DNA of 64,000 nt from Octopus sinensis (GCF_006345805.1 NC_043000.1:8494001-8558000), one strand, 5' to 3'. Counted from the stretch's first letter, positions 1 to 13,303 are shown. Notes: a model not told the origin generated them from the sequence alone. Made by a program: numbers and translations.

Positions 1-80
1 ATTTAAGGAAAAAATTACAAATGATAAATAATTCTTAAGTATTTTAATATAGGGAGTTACTTTCCAATCACCCTGTATGG

Positions 81-118
<38 letters not shown>

Positions 119-361
119 TTGAAACATTCCTGTCACAACCTGGGACCTTGAAGACTGCTTAAATGCAAGAAAGTATACTAGTCCCTTAATATTTGATATT
201 CAATATTTCATCTATTCAATAAGACAATCAATATTTCATTTCATTTTACTATATATACTATTTATACTATATATTCTATATTCTACATTAATATTATAAA
301 GAGTATAAATAAAACAGACACAGTTAGAATTCCTTTGAATAATAATATATATATATATATA

Positions 362-990
362 GGTGCAGAAGCGGCTGTGTGGTAAGTAGCTTGCTTACCA
401 ACAACATGGTTCTGGGTTCAGATCCACTGCGTGGCACCTTGGGCAAGTCTTCTACTATAGCCTCGGGCTGACCAAAGCCTTGTGAGTAGATTTGGTAGAC
501 AGAAACTGAAAAAAGCCCGTCGTGTATATGTATATATATATTTCTTTACTACCCACAAGGGGCTAAACACAGAGGGGACAAACAAGGACAGACAAAGGGA
601 TTAAGTCGACTACATCGACTCCAGTGCGTAACTGGTACTTAATTTATTGACCCCGAAAAGATGAAAGGCAAAGTCGACTTCGGCGGAATTTGAACTCGGA
701 ACGTAACGACAGACGAAATACGGCTACGAATTTCGCCCAGCCTGTTAACATTTCTACCAGCTCGCCGCTAGTATATATATGTTTGTGTGTCTGTCTCCCC
801 CACCCAACGTTGCTTGACAACCAATGCTGGTGTGTTTACGTTCCTGTAACTTAACGGTTCAGCAAAAAAGACTGATAGAATAAGTACTAGGCTTACAAAG
901 AATAAGTACTGGGGTCGATTTGCTTGACTAAAGGCGGTGCTTCAGCATGGCCACATTCAAATGACTGAAACAGGTAAAAGAGTAAAAAAG
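362..990 (+). mobile_element. tRNA-derived SINE (type GGCTGTGTGGTAAG head), interrupted by a second SINE
   Basis: A-box-like TGGCTGTGTGG and B-box-like GGTTCAGATCC; central (TA)n; conserved tail ...GGCGGTGCTTCAGCATGGCC...GACTGAAACAGGTAAAAG. Other copies at about 9960-10130 (-), 40820-41300, 49960-50100 and 59608-60240. Confidence 0.8.
541..768 (-). mobile_element. tRNA-derived SINE (GGCGGCGAGCTGGCAG head type) nested in the above
   Basis: Same family recurs throughout the window; B-box GAGTTCAAATTCC on the minus strand. Confidence 0.85.
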
Positions 991-1458
991 AGTGAAGAGT
1001 ATATATATATATATATGAGATAGAGATATTGTCAATGCTGGTATCACATAAAAAGTATCCAGTCTACTCTGTAAAGTGGTTAGCATTATGAAGGGCATCC
1101 AGCTGTAATAACCATGCCAAATCAGGCAATAGAGCTTGGTACATGATGATATATATATATATATATATATATATATCATCATCATCATCGTCGTTTAACG
1201 TCCGTTCTCCATGCTAGCATGGGTTGGACGGTTCGACCGGGGTTCTGGGAAGCCAGAAGGCTGCACCAGGCTCCAGTCTAATTTGGCAATGTTTCTACAG
1301 CTGGATGCCCTTCCTAACGCCAACCACTCCGTGAGTGTAGTGGGTGCTTTTTACGTGCCACCTGCACAGGTGCCAGGCGGGGCTGGCAACGGCCACGGTC
1401 AGATTGGTGTATTTTATGTGCCACCGGCACGGAAGCCAGTCGAGGCGGTGCTGGCATC

Positions 1459-1930
1459 GGCCACGAGTCGGATAGTGCTTTTTACGTACCACCAGACCAG
1501 GGATCCTGGCTGGTTCAATTCGATTTCGATTTCGCTTGCCCCAACATGTCTTCACAAGCAAAGGGGGTTGGCAAGGGTGCCTGTCGTACGGTCGCATTGG
1601 AGTATTTTACGTGCCACGGCCACGAGTCGGATAGTGCTTTTTACGTACCACCAGACCAGGGATCCTGGCTGGTTCAATTCGATTTCGATTTCGCTTGCCC
1701 CAACATGTCTTCACAAGCAAAGGGGGTTGGCATGGGTGCCTGTCGTACGGTCGCATTGGAGTATTTTACGTGCCACGGCCCCGAGTCGGATAGTGCTTTT
1801 TACGTACCACCAGGCCAGGGATCCTGGCTGGTTCAATTCGGTTTCGATTTCGATTTCGATTTCGATTTCGATTTCGCTTGCCCCAACATGTCTTCGCAAG
1901 CATGGGGGGTTGGGATGGGTGTCTGTCGTC
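1459..1930. repeat. About 3 tandem copies of a 159-bp unit in the RTE 3' UTR
   Basis: Unit restarts at about 1461, 1620 and 1779. Contains (TTCGAT)n, which is expanded in copy 3. Confidence 0.9.
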
Positions 1931-2012
1931 GGATGAGGTTCTATATCGACTTCGCTTGCCTCAACCGGTCTTTGTGTCCAAGGGAGGAAAGGCATTCATA
2001 AGTGGGCTGGGC

Positions 2013-5000
2013 TCACTTGTCCTGCCTGGTCTTCTCACGTACAGAATATTTCCAAAGGTCTCGGTCTCTGGTCATTTCCTCAGTGAGGCCTAAAGTTCGA
2101 AGGTCGTGCTTCACCACCTCGTCCCAGGTTTTCCTGGGTCTACCTCTTCCACGGGTTCCCTCAACTGCTAGGGATTGGCACTTTCTCACACACCTATCTT
2201 CATCCATTCTCGCCACATGACCATACCAGCGCAATCGTCTCTCTTGCACACCACAACTGATGCTTCTTAGGTACAACATTTCTCTCAAGGTGCTAACGCT
2301 CTGTCGAGTATGTACACTGACATTACACATCCATCGGAGCATACTGGCTTCATTCCTCACGAGCTTACGCATGTCCTCAGCAGTCACAGCCCATGTTTCG
2401 CTGCCATGTAGCATGGCTGTTCGTACACACGCATCATACAGTCTGCCTTTTACTCTGAGCGAGAGGCCTTTAGTCACCAGCAGAGGTAAGAGCTCCCTAA
2501 ACTTTGCCCAGGCTATTCTTATTCTAGCAGTTACACTTTCAGCGCACCCACCCCCACTACTGACTTGGTCACCTAGATAACGGAAGCTATCAACTACTTC
2601 TAGTTTTTCCCCCTGGAAAGTGACGGAAGTTGTTTTCTGCAGATTTTCGGAGGTTAATGCTCCCGAGCATCTGCCACATACAAAAACTATCTTCCCAGTT
2701 AGCCTACCTTTGACATTGCTGCACCTCTTATGTGTCCATAGCTTACACTGGGTACATCTTATAGAGTTTCTACCTACACCTTTTCTACAGATCGAGCAGG
2801 GCCATCTTCCTGAAGATATTTGTGGATTGTCTACCTTTCTACTTATTAGTACTTTGGTTTTAGCTAGGTTGACTCTAAGGCCCCTTGATTCTAAACCCTC
2901 CTTCCACACCTGGAACTTCTCCTCCAGTTCTGATAGTGACTCAGCAATAAGAGCAAGGTCGTCAGCGTAGAGGAGCTCCCAGGGACAGCCTGTCTTGAAT
3001 TCCTCCGTAATTGCCTGGAGTACTATGATAAATAGGAGGGGGCTGAGTACTGAACCCTGGTGGACCCCAACCTCTACTTTGAATTCTTCTGTGTACATGT
3101 TGCCAACCCTAACCTTACTTACGGCATCTCTGTACATGGCTTGCACAGTCCTCACCAGCCATTCATCTATCCCTAGTTTCCTCATTGACCACCAGATAAG
3201 GGATCGGGGGACCCTATCAAAAGCTTTCTCCATGTCAACGAAAGCCAGGTACAGGGGCTTATCTTTGGCTAGGTATTTCTCCTGCAGCTGCCTTACCAGG
3301 AATATAGCATCAGTGGTACTTTTTCCTGGCACGAACCCAAACTGCATCTCATCTAAACTAACTCTCTCTCTAATTAGTTGGGCTATGACCCTCTCCGTAA
3401 CCTTCATTACTTGATCCAACAGCTTGATACCTCTGTAATTATTTGTATCTAGGGCATCACCTTTACCTTTGTAGCAGTTGACTAGTATGCTGCTGCACCA
3501 GTCATTGGGTATGACTCCTTCGTGTATCACCTGGTTGACTATACGGGTGACTAGGTTATAGCCGACACTGCCAGATATTTTGAGCATCTCTGCAGTAATT
3601 CCTGATGGGCCTGGGGCTTTCCCTGTCTTCATGCTTCTAATTGCCTTAGCTACCACGGAACTATCAACTCGGATAGCTGGTCCCTCTGTAGGGTCAACAT
3701 TCGGCAGACTCTCTTTATCCCATTCATTTTCCTCATTCAGTAACCTTTCATAGTGGCGTCTCCAAGCTTCTCTCTTTGCATCCTCATTTAGCGCAAGTGA
3801 ACCATCCTCCATGCGAACACATTTCTCTCCTACCACATCACGATTCTCTCTCACACACTGTCTTGCAACACGAAATACCTCAAGTCTTTCATCCTCACGG
3901 CGCAGGACATTGGCAAATTTTCTCTTATCTGCTTCCCCTCTGGCTAGATAGACCTGTCTCCTAGCTTCCCTTCTGGCAGTCTGATACCCTTCCCTGCTAC
4001 CACCGTTCTTCCAGGCCTTCCAAGCCTGTTTCTTTTGTCTAATAGCCCTGTCAACAATATTGTTCCACCACCACGTTATTTTGGGTCTTAAGGGGACTTT
4101 GCACCAGCCACAGATCTGGTCAGCGGCTTTCAGCAGGTTGTCCCTCAGAAACGTCCAGTTGTCTTCTACCCCATGTGTAGCTATACCCCCTTCCACTTCG
4201 TCAAAGGCTTCAAGTAACATATCTCTAAATCTCTGTCCATTCGCAGGGGCTTTAAGCTTCCAGACCCTTCTTCTCCATGTTGGTCGTCTTCTAGTCGCCC
4301 TCTTAGTCCTGATCCTAAAGTCACTAACTACCAGTCTATGTTGTGGGGTGCATTCTTCGCCTGGGAAGGTTTTGGCATTTTTAAGCAGCCATCTTTCCCT
4401 TTTTCTGGCAAGGATGTAGTCGATTTGGCTAGTATGCCGGCCCGATCGGTAGGTGACCAGGTGGCTTGTTGGTTTCCTGAAGTTAGTGTTGCAGACCATA
4501 AGACTATTCGCATCGCAGAACTCCAGCAGCCTGGTTCCCTCCTCGTTGCGGGAACCATAACCGTAGCCTCCATGTACGCCATGGAAGCCCCCAGCATGTC
4601 GTCCAACATGCCCATTGAAATCACCAGCCACAAAGAGAAGGTCCCTGTCGTTCGTCGATGAGGTGGTCTGCAGTAGGGTGTCATAGAAACTGTCTTTCTG
4701 TCCGTCGGGTAGCCCTGGCTGAGGGGCATAGGCCGATATAATGATATAATGGTTGCTAATCTATTATGAAGCACTATTCTAATCTTAAGTATTCTGTCAC
4801 TTACTCTGATTACCTCAATTACTCTATCTATCCATTTCTCAGCGATAATTATACCCACGCCACCAACCCCGTCAGTGTTCCCTGCCCAGAAAATCTTGTA
4901 CCTGTGTCCCTTGCCTGTGAGGACCCTAGCAGATCCTCCTCTCCACCTTATTTCTTGCATACAACATACATCAACACGTCTCCGTTCAAGCATCTCGACT

Positions 5001-5143
5001 ATCTCGCCAGACCTACCTTTCAATGTGCCAACGTTGAGGGTGCCTACCCTGAGGGTGTGGGAGGTGTGGGCCTCTGAGACCCTGGGATGAGGGGCCGCAG
5101 TGTTCTGTACCTGAAAAGAAAGCTTGCATTTGCCAGATATCAT
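2013..5143 (-). pseudogene. RTE APE-RT ORF (about 1040 aa if repaired) with one frameshift
   Basis: GTLNVGTL, QE.RW, GDFNGHVG, SQIDYIL (APE); QFGF, FVDMEKAFDRV, GVHQGSVLSPLLF, YADD (RT). The two ORFs join if one copy of the tandem 8-mer ATATAATG (4736-4743/4744-4751) is removed, restoring IISAYAPQ. Confidence 0.92.
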
Positions 5144-5789
5144 ACTGAGACTCTAGACTACAACCTGCATAAATTTCAAAGTTTTTGCGCTATATGATCA
5201 CAATAAACCCTACATAGGGGTGCGGGGGGGGGGGGTCAAGAAGATAGAAAACAGAAACTTCCGGTTCTGGTAGAGGGGTGGGAGGGCGGGGTCACCTCCA
5301 AGGAACAACAGGTTTTAAGTTAATACGTAGGGAATTTTCTGCAACAGAAATTACTGAACATCTAGAAACTTCGGGGTTCGATTAAAACATAATATAAATA
5401 GGAGAGAGGGAGAATATTGTAGTGAATTCTGGGGATGGAATAACAACGGGATGGCACTGAAATTAAAGGAGGAATTTAAAATGCATGACAGACAGGAAGC
5501 CATGCATACAAGATGGCGAAACAAGATGGCGAAACAATATATATACATATATATATATATATATAACATAACTGTCAGACAGAATTCACATGATGTAATG
5601 GTTACAATGTTGTAGCTTTGAGTTTTGGGTGAAATTCATGTAATGATCTTCAACACAGTTTCCATTTACCCAATTTTACTAGCAATGTATAGATCAACTC
5701 AAAGCTATAGAAAATGGTATAGGGCTGAGATCGAACCCAGGAACCTTATGTTTGTGAAGCAAATATCTTAACCATTCAGCCATACTGCA

Positions 5790-6160
<371 letters not shown>

Positions 6161-7109
6161 ATGTTGAACATGTAAGATGGCTGAATGGATAAGGTTACAG
6201 TGTCATAAGCTCGTGAGGTAGAAGTTCAAATATGCTGGAGGAATTTCCTGTTCGGAATAGGTACCAAATGTTGAGTGTATGTTACCCTATCCAGGAGTAG
6301 ATTCATCTCTCACTTGCTTTGCGTTTTGCACAATCTGAAAGTTAACAAAATTCCATTTGCATGATGAACTGATGTGACTCATGAGAGCATGTGCATGACA
6401 ACTAGACATGATACCCAGCATAGCAGATAAAACATTCTGTCTGCATGCTATCACCAAGGGATGATGGGGTTCGTGAGAATGAGCCAGTGACTCTTAGGAA
6501 TGGCTCTAACAGCATCTAGAATATCAGAGACTTAGTTCATTTTACTGTATAGGTACACAAACCCAAGGGTAGTCCCCTTAAACGGTGCATATTTATAGAG
6601 ATGTTCTATTTTTCCTAAATACACACAAATGGATCCGCTTGGGTTAATGTTGGGCTGGAAAATAAGGCTAGATCAGTGTTTTTCTATATTTCAACATTAT
6701 ATTTTTTGTCTCTGGTTCACAGATATCCATTACATACATCCTATTTACTGAAAATACCATTTCTTGAAAGTTGATTAAAAATATGAAATCTTAAATGTGT
6801 GTGTTTGTGTGTGTGTGACAGAGAGAGAGCAAATCTTAGTATGGGGAGGTGTGCATATATAATTATATAAAACATGTTAAAATATATATGTTTGTATGAG
6901 TATTTGTTTATATGATTAGGTAAGAATGGATGGAAGGAGGTTACACTGCTGAGTTTATATTTTACTTAGGAGTTGCTTTAACTTTATATGTGCGTGTATG
7001 ACTGTAAAGATGGATGTTCTATATTGGATATATATGTGTATATATATGGATGTGTATATATGTATGTGTGTGTATACACACATGCACATATACATGCATA
7101 TATATATAT

Positions 7110-7470
7110 ATCATCATCAGGAGTAAACACATAAATGTGAAACAAGGTGGAAAAAAGAGTACTCAAATACCAGAGGTAGAGTAATATGCCTTATTTAAAA
7201 GCAGCAGAAATATAACAAAAGCTGTTACTCAGAGTTTCACCTTCCCGTTCAGCAGACAGTTTTGTTAACTCTGAGAAACAGCTTTTGTTATATTTCTGCT
7301 GCTTTTAAATAAAGCATATTACTCTACCTCTGGTATTTGAGTACTCTTTTTTCCACCTTGTTTGATATTTATGTACTTACTCTGGTATATATATAGCAAA
7401 ACTGTCCTACGAACAGGAACATGAAACTCTGAGTAACAGCTTTTGCTATATTTCTGCTTGTAAATAAAGT

Positions 7471-7480
<10 letters not shown>
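7110..7480. mobile_element. PLE-terminus-like element in three copies (one minus, two plus) with HHR-like motifs, between (TA)n arrays
   Basis: Inverted arms at about 7140-7234 and 7269-7363; HHR-like folds at 7213-7267 (-) and 7394-7448 (+). Confidence 0.6.
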
Positions 7481-7518
<38 letters not shown>

Positions 7519-8619
7519 AAATATATATATATACATACATACACAGATATAATTATGTATATGCATATATATATGCTGATATACATATATACATGCATAT
7601 ATATATACACACACGCACATATATATAATTATGTATATGAACACACACTCATATTTCTGTATATGTACACACATATATACACGCATATTTGTGCGTGCAT
7701 GTGTATGTGTGTGGAGTAGATGCAAGCCATCTGTGAAAGTGTATGTTTGTATAAAATGTGTCAGGAATCGTTTATATATGCATGCAAACACCCCAATACA
7801 CATTTATGTATATATACACACCTTCGTGGATTTACTAGCATGCTGATAGAAATATTTATGTGGGTGTGTATGTGTTTGTGTGCCTATGTATATAAGTATT
7901 TATTTTAAAATAAGTTTATACAGTATAAAGTTTCCTCCAGCTCATCCTATAGTATCCGCAATTGCAAAAAAAAAAAACTGGCTTATATTTGTGCAAATAT
8001 AATATAAAAACACTTCCCATGTCTGGAATAAATCACTCTTAACATTTACAAACTTTTCCCAGTGGGTGGTCATAAGGTCCGAGGAATTTTTAATCTAAAT
8101 ATTGTTTGTTGAAAATTATATATATATGTCTCTGTGGGTGTAGGGCATTAAGTAGCCAACTGATGTGTTGGTAGTTGGTCTCCTTAACAGTGGTGCTGCA
8201 CTGTAACTGAGGCTTAAAGATTTAAATGTTAACAGTCTAGGGTGGAGCATTTCATTGAGATACAGTGCTGAGTTACTCCTGATCAGAAGTAGGGGTTGTA
8301 TACCACTGGTGACATCTCCCAGTCATTAGAGCATAACACCCATTGATGGATAGTTCTGCCCTTGAAAAATGAAGTAATTGGGTGGTCAGCCTAACATGCT
8401 ACTGGGCTTAAACCTGCCACCTGGTCGTCCTTGTGTTCCCTTATGCAACCATTGACCTGCTGGGCATCAGTTTCACTAATCTGCAAGGACCAAGGACATT
8501 GCCTCTTCTCTCTTAATTAATGTACGTTAAAAAAGAAAGTTAATTATCCATCTCTATAGTAATGATTTTGTTTTCTCTGAACAAATAAGCTTTATAATAA
8601 TTGTTTCTACTAAAGGTAC

Positions 8620-9545
8620 AGGGCCTGAAATTTTGGGTGAGGTGATTAGTCGATTACATTGACCCCAGTGCTTATCTGGTACTTAGACTATCAAGGGATG
8701 AAAGGCAAAACTGACCACCGTGGAATTTGTACTCAGAATATAAAGATGGTCAAAATAATCCTTTCTACTAAAGGAACAAAGCCTGAAATTTTGAGGGAGG
8801 GGCCAGTCGATTATATCAACCCCAATATACAACTGGTACTTAATTTATCAATCCCGGAAGGATGAAAAGCAAAGTCGACCTCAGCAGAATTTGAACTCAG
8901 AATGTAGCGACAGGCGAAACACTGCTAAGCATTTCGACCAGCATGCTTATGACTCTGCCAGCTCGCCACCTTAGAGATAGTCAAAATAATGCTATGCATT
9001 TTGTCCAGTGTGCTAACAATCTTGCCAGCTCAGTGCCTCTAACATCATCACCGTTTAACGTTCGCTTTCCATGCTAACATGGGTTGGACGATTTGACTGA
9101 GGACTGGTGAACCAGATGGCTTCACCAGGTTCCAATCTGATCTGGCAGAGATTCTACAGCTGGATGCCCTTCTTAACACCAACCACTCCAAGATTAATAT
9201 GATTTCAAATCTTGGCACAAGACTATCAAATTTAGGAGAAGGGGATTGTCAATTACCACAACCCCAATGTTCAGTTCATACTTTTTTTATTGACCCAGAA
9301 AGGAAGAACGGTAAAGTTGAACTCAGAATGTAAAAATGGATGAAACCCTGCAAAGCATTATTTGTCTGACATGCTAACGATTCTGCCAGCTCACCACCTT
9401 CATATATCCTTTTCTACTCTAAACACAAGGTTCGAAATTTTGGGGGAGGGGGCCAATCAATTAGATCGATCTCAGTATGCTGCAACTGGTACTTAATTTA
9501 TCGACCCCGAAAGGATGAAAGGCAAAGTTGACCTCGGCAGAGACC
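8620..9545 (-). mobile_element. Cluster of partial SINE copies plus an RTE 3'-end fragment (about 9050-9190)
   Basis: Repeated GATGAAAGGCAAAGTCGACC core; 9050-9190 matches the LINE 3' end at 1190-1335. Confidence 0.7.
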
Positions 9546-10661
9546 ACCTTTATATATCTAAGTCATGGGACTGCATGATGTTAGGGCATGACTTTGGAGA
9601 GTTTTGGTTGAATGAATTGCCCCAGTAATTTTTTCCTTTCACTACCTGCTAAATTATGGGGATGTAAACAAACTAATACTGGTTGTCAAATAATGGTGGG
9701 GGAACAAACATAAACACATATAACTTTTCTTTTACTTTTACTTGTTTCAGTCATTTAAATGTGGCCATGCTGGAGCACCACCCTTAGTCGAACAAATCAA
9801 CCCCAGGACTTACTCTTTGTAAGCCTAGAACTTATTCTATCGATTTCTTTTGCTGAACTGCTAAGTTACAGGGATGTAAACATACCAATATCGGTTGTCA
9901 TACTATGGTGGTGGACAAACAGACACAAATAACAAACACCCACATACATTTATATGCATATATACATATGACGGGCTTCTTTCAGTTTCCATCTACCAAA
10001 TCCGCTCATAAGGATTTGGTTGGTCTGAGGCCATAGTACAAGACACTTGCCCAAGGTGCCACGCAATGGGACTGAACCATGAACCATGTGGTTAAGAAGC
10101 AAGCTTCTTACCACACTGCCACTCCTGTGCCTACGCATAAATGATGAACTGCTTTCAGTTTCTGTCAACGAAACCTGTCACAAAGCTTTAGTTGACTCAG
10201 GGTTATAAGAAGTCACTTGCTTAAAGTATCACACAGTGGAACTGAACCCAAAACCATGTGGTTCAGAAGCAAACACCTGCTCTTGAACATTGCACTTATA
10301 TAAAAGTTTGTTATTCATTTTTAATTTGCACTTAATTGTTTGGTCCATTAACTTCCTGCTTGGCTAATTGTTCAAGGTTGATCAGAAGCTTCGCTATGAA
10401 AACAACCATAAATTTTCATCTCAGTATAAAGTCATCATCATCATCATCCAGCCATTTTTTAAATATCCTGGCTTGGATTGGGTGGAACTTGCTGGCTCAC
10501 TTGTTGCAGTCTATGGGGTACACACACACACTTATGTGTGTGTGTGTGTGTGTGTATTTATATATATATATATAATTATCATTTTATATTTGTTATTTTT
10601 ATGTTAGCATGGGTTAGGCGGGGCTCACAGCTTCTCACAGATTTGTGTGTGTTTGTATAAG

Positions 10662-10708
<47 letters not shown>

Positions 10709-10714
10709 GGTAAA

Positions 10715-12045
10715 ATGGAAAATGCACTGAGAATGGTTAAAATATTCTTTATTATTATATTTAAAGATTTAATCGGTTTCACAGATTACACTGATTTTCA
10801 AAAATTTGAAATAGGAGGATGTGGCTTATGTCACAGGTGTCTTGCTTATGGCTAGTGTTTGAAGCCTGTCCTACTTTTATAGGGAGTTCATGGCTTAAAT
10901 TAGTATATGTTTTGAATAGGATTTGATTGGTAGAGAATAGTCACATGACTGGTCTTAGCAATTTTTGTAAGTTCTCTGCTACGTCCACATGTTAGTATCA
11001 AGTGACTCTGACGTCGTAAGTCAAAGCTGACACGGTTGACCGAACATGTCTAGTGACAATACTGAACGATCAAAACGCTGAATGTTTTCTGTCAAGTGTT
11101 TGTAGAAAATAAAAATGTGATTAAATTTATAACCTTTTGTACGTTTCCCGCTACGTCCGTTCGTTAGTGTCACATGACAGTATATTTTGCGCCTAAAATG
11201 AAGGTTGAGTGAACATGTTTAGTTACAATCAAGGCACTCCTAATTTAGTTTGTCTGGTGGGAGAGTGGGCAGGAGTCGTTTGTATGTAGTCCGGTGGTTA
11301 AAGTTTAGGTTCCTCGTGTTAAGTGGCAGAATGAGTTTTGTATGTGAATAGTTATTTGTGTCTGTACTCTGTTTATCTGTGCTTCATCTCTGGTATTCCC
11401 TGAACATAGATAGAATGGGAAGACCTGGAATTTGGGGGAGTTATTTTATGTACATATGTCTATGTGGTCATTCAGTGGAGTCTGTCTAGTACTGAGGTCG
11501 CGTATTTGTTGTCGGTGAATGGTTAGTCTATTTCTTAGAGTAAGCTTTTTTTGTCCTATATAATCTTCATTACATCTTTGACACTTGATAGCGTATATTA
11601 AATTCCTTGAAGAACATGTAAAGTGATTTTTGTGGTAAAACCTGTCCTGATTTGAATTTGTATGTTGTGTCTTCAATAAGGTTGATGCAAGTCCCGTAAT
11701 TGGGGCGGTCACACTTTTAGGCTGTTGGTGTAGGAATTGTGGAAGGTCTTTTTGCACTTTTGAGGGACTTAGATTGTCTTTTACTTTTGATTATTTTGTG
11801 TATTTTGAATGTTCAGTGAATTTCACAGATGAAACACGGATAAACAAAAAAAGAATACTTCCATACAAAAGTACAAAGCAAGACCTAACAAACTTTAACA
11901 GAGTACATACACAAATAACTATTCACACACAAAGCTTATTCTGTCACTTAACGTGAGGAACCTACACAGCTAACATTTTAACTATTCTCAGTGCATTTCC
12001 AACATCTATTTTTCCGATATTTCTACAACTTTGTTTTCTGTGTGT

Positions 12046-12050
<5 letters not shown>
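10715..12050 (-). mobile_element. Penelope-like element relic with GIY-YIG endonuclease
   Basis: ORF 11446-11757: FTCSSRNLIYAIKCQRCNEDYIGQ...LRNRLTIHRQQI (GIY-YIG with CxxC). Short inverted terminal segments near 10725-10745 and 11975-12000; flanked by (TA)n. Confidence 0.8.
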
Positions 12051-12113
<63 letters not shown>

Positions 12114-12283
12114 CAATGCAGATAAAGGGTGAAATATAATTAATTTAATAAAATCAACAAATTTCACCAAGTAATTTTTCGGTATGGAAAAGGACCATAT
12201 TCGGTAAAATTATATATCATATTTCCAGTAAATATCGGTGCTTCGTTGTGCCATTTATTTACTTTTATTTATATATATATATA

Positions 12284-13303
12284 TTGTTGGCATCCTTTTT
12301 GTCTCGGGAGACAATGGAGTTGCGCATAAAGTAGTCTAGTCCGGCTTTTACATTTCATGTCCTGATACATTTCCTGCTGTGGCTGTGTAGTCCTATCCTG
12401 GACAAACACTCCCTCTGGCAGGTACCGCAAATGTAGCGAAGACTGTTCCTGGCTGGTTGTAATGCCATAGTTTCTTGTTGACGTCTTTTCTTGTCTTTCC
12501 ATTTCTCCCCCTCTCTCTCTCTGTCACTCCTTTGTATTCCCTCTTTTACGGTACGTCGCCATTCTCCACGGTTGCCGGCAACTGCCTCCCAACCGCTAAT
12601 ATTGATGTTGCAGGCCTTCATGTCTCTTTTGCAAACATCCTTGTAACGTAAGAACGGTCTACCCACAGACCTAGTACCCCTAGCAAGCTCTCCGTAGAGT
12701 ATGTCCTTGGGGGTCTGCCATCTTTCATACGGCTAACATGCCCAAGCCATCTCATACGTCTTTGTGTGAGGAGTGCAAACATGCTTGGTATTCCTGCTTG
12801 CCTGAGGACATCTTTGTTGGGGATATGGTTCTGCCATTTGATGCGGAGGATTTTCCGGAGGCAGCGCAGGTGAAAGATGTTTAGGCGACGCTTTTGGCGT
12901 GTGTATAGCGTCCAAGTCTCACTTCCATACAGTAGAGTGCTGAGTACACATGCCTGGTAGATCTTCATTTTCGTGGTCTTGGTCAGCTTATTGTTGTCCC
13001 AAGCCCGTTTGGAGAGTTGGGCCGTCGCAGCAGCTGCCTTGCCAATGCGTATATTGAGCTCAGCGTCAAGGGATAGGTTGTAGGTGACGGTAGAGCCCAG
13101 ATAGGTAAACTTCTCCACCTCTTGTAATCTGTGGTCTCCAATATGTATGTTTGGGATGTCCGATGTAGCCTGGCCCATGATGTTGGTCTTCTTAAGGCTG
13201 ATAGCTAAGCCAAAGTCGTTACATGCTTGCTCAAAACAGTTAATGAGCCTTTGGAGGGCTTCTGTGTGTGATACCAGAGCGGCATCATCAGCAAATAGCA
13301 TCT
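12284..13303 (-). mobile_element. 5'-truncated RTE (BovB-like) LINE fragment
   Basis: LFADDAAL...FTYLGS...LLYGSETW...RWLGHV, then a frameshift to GRPFLRYKDVCKRDM...CGTCQRECLSRIGLHSHSRKC; truncated at (TA)n. Confidence 0.9.

Larger units (their letters stand above)
1177..5536 (-). mobile_element. Near full-length RTE-clade LINE
   Basis: APE endonuclease + RT ORF, long 3' UTR ending in a (GAT)n tail at about 1177-1195, and (TA)n arrays on both flanks. The 5' boundary is inferred from the (TA)n at 5537. Confidence 0.9.

Noticed and set aside
362-440. tRNA genes
   Set aside because: tRNA-like A/B boxes belong to SINE heads; no complete cloverleaf seen.
1211-2001. Repetitive ORFs (241 aa, 151 aa) as proteins
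   Set aside because: Antisense read-through of the 159-bp tandem repeat in the LINE 3' UTR; the unit length is a multiple of 3.
2260-5077. Plus-strand ORFs overlapping the LINE
   Set aside because: Antisense shadows of the RT ORF.
4328-5143. Programmed frameshift or two-ORF organisation of the RTE LINE
   Set aside because: Fully explained by an 8-bp tandem duplication at 4736-4751; no slippery site needed.
5144-5536. HDV-like ribozyme in the RTE 5' UTR (known for some RTEs)
   Set aside because: Could not identify the nested double pseudoknot by eye; needs a descriptor search.
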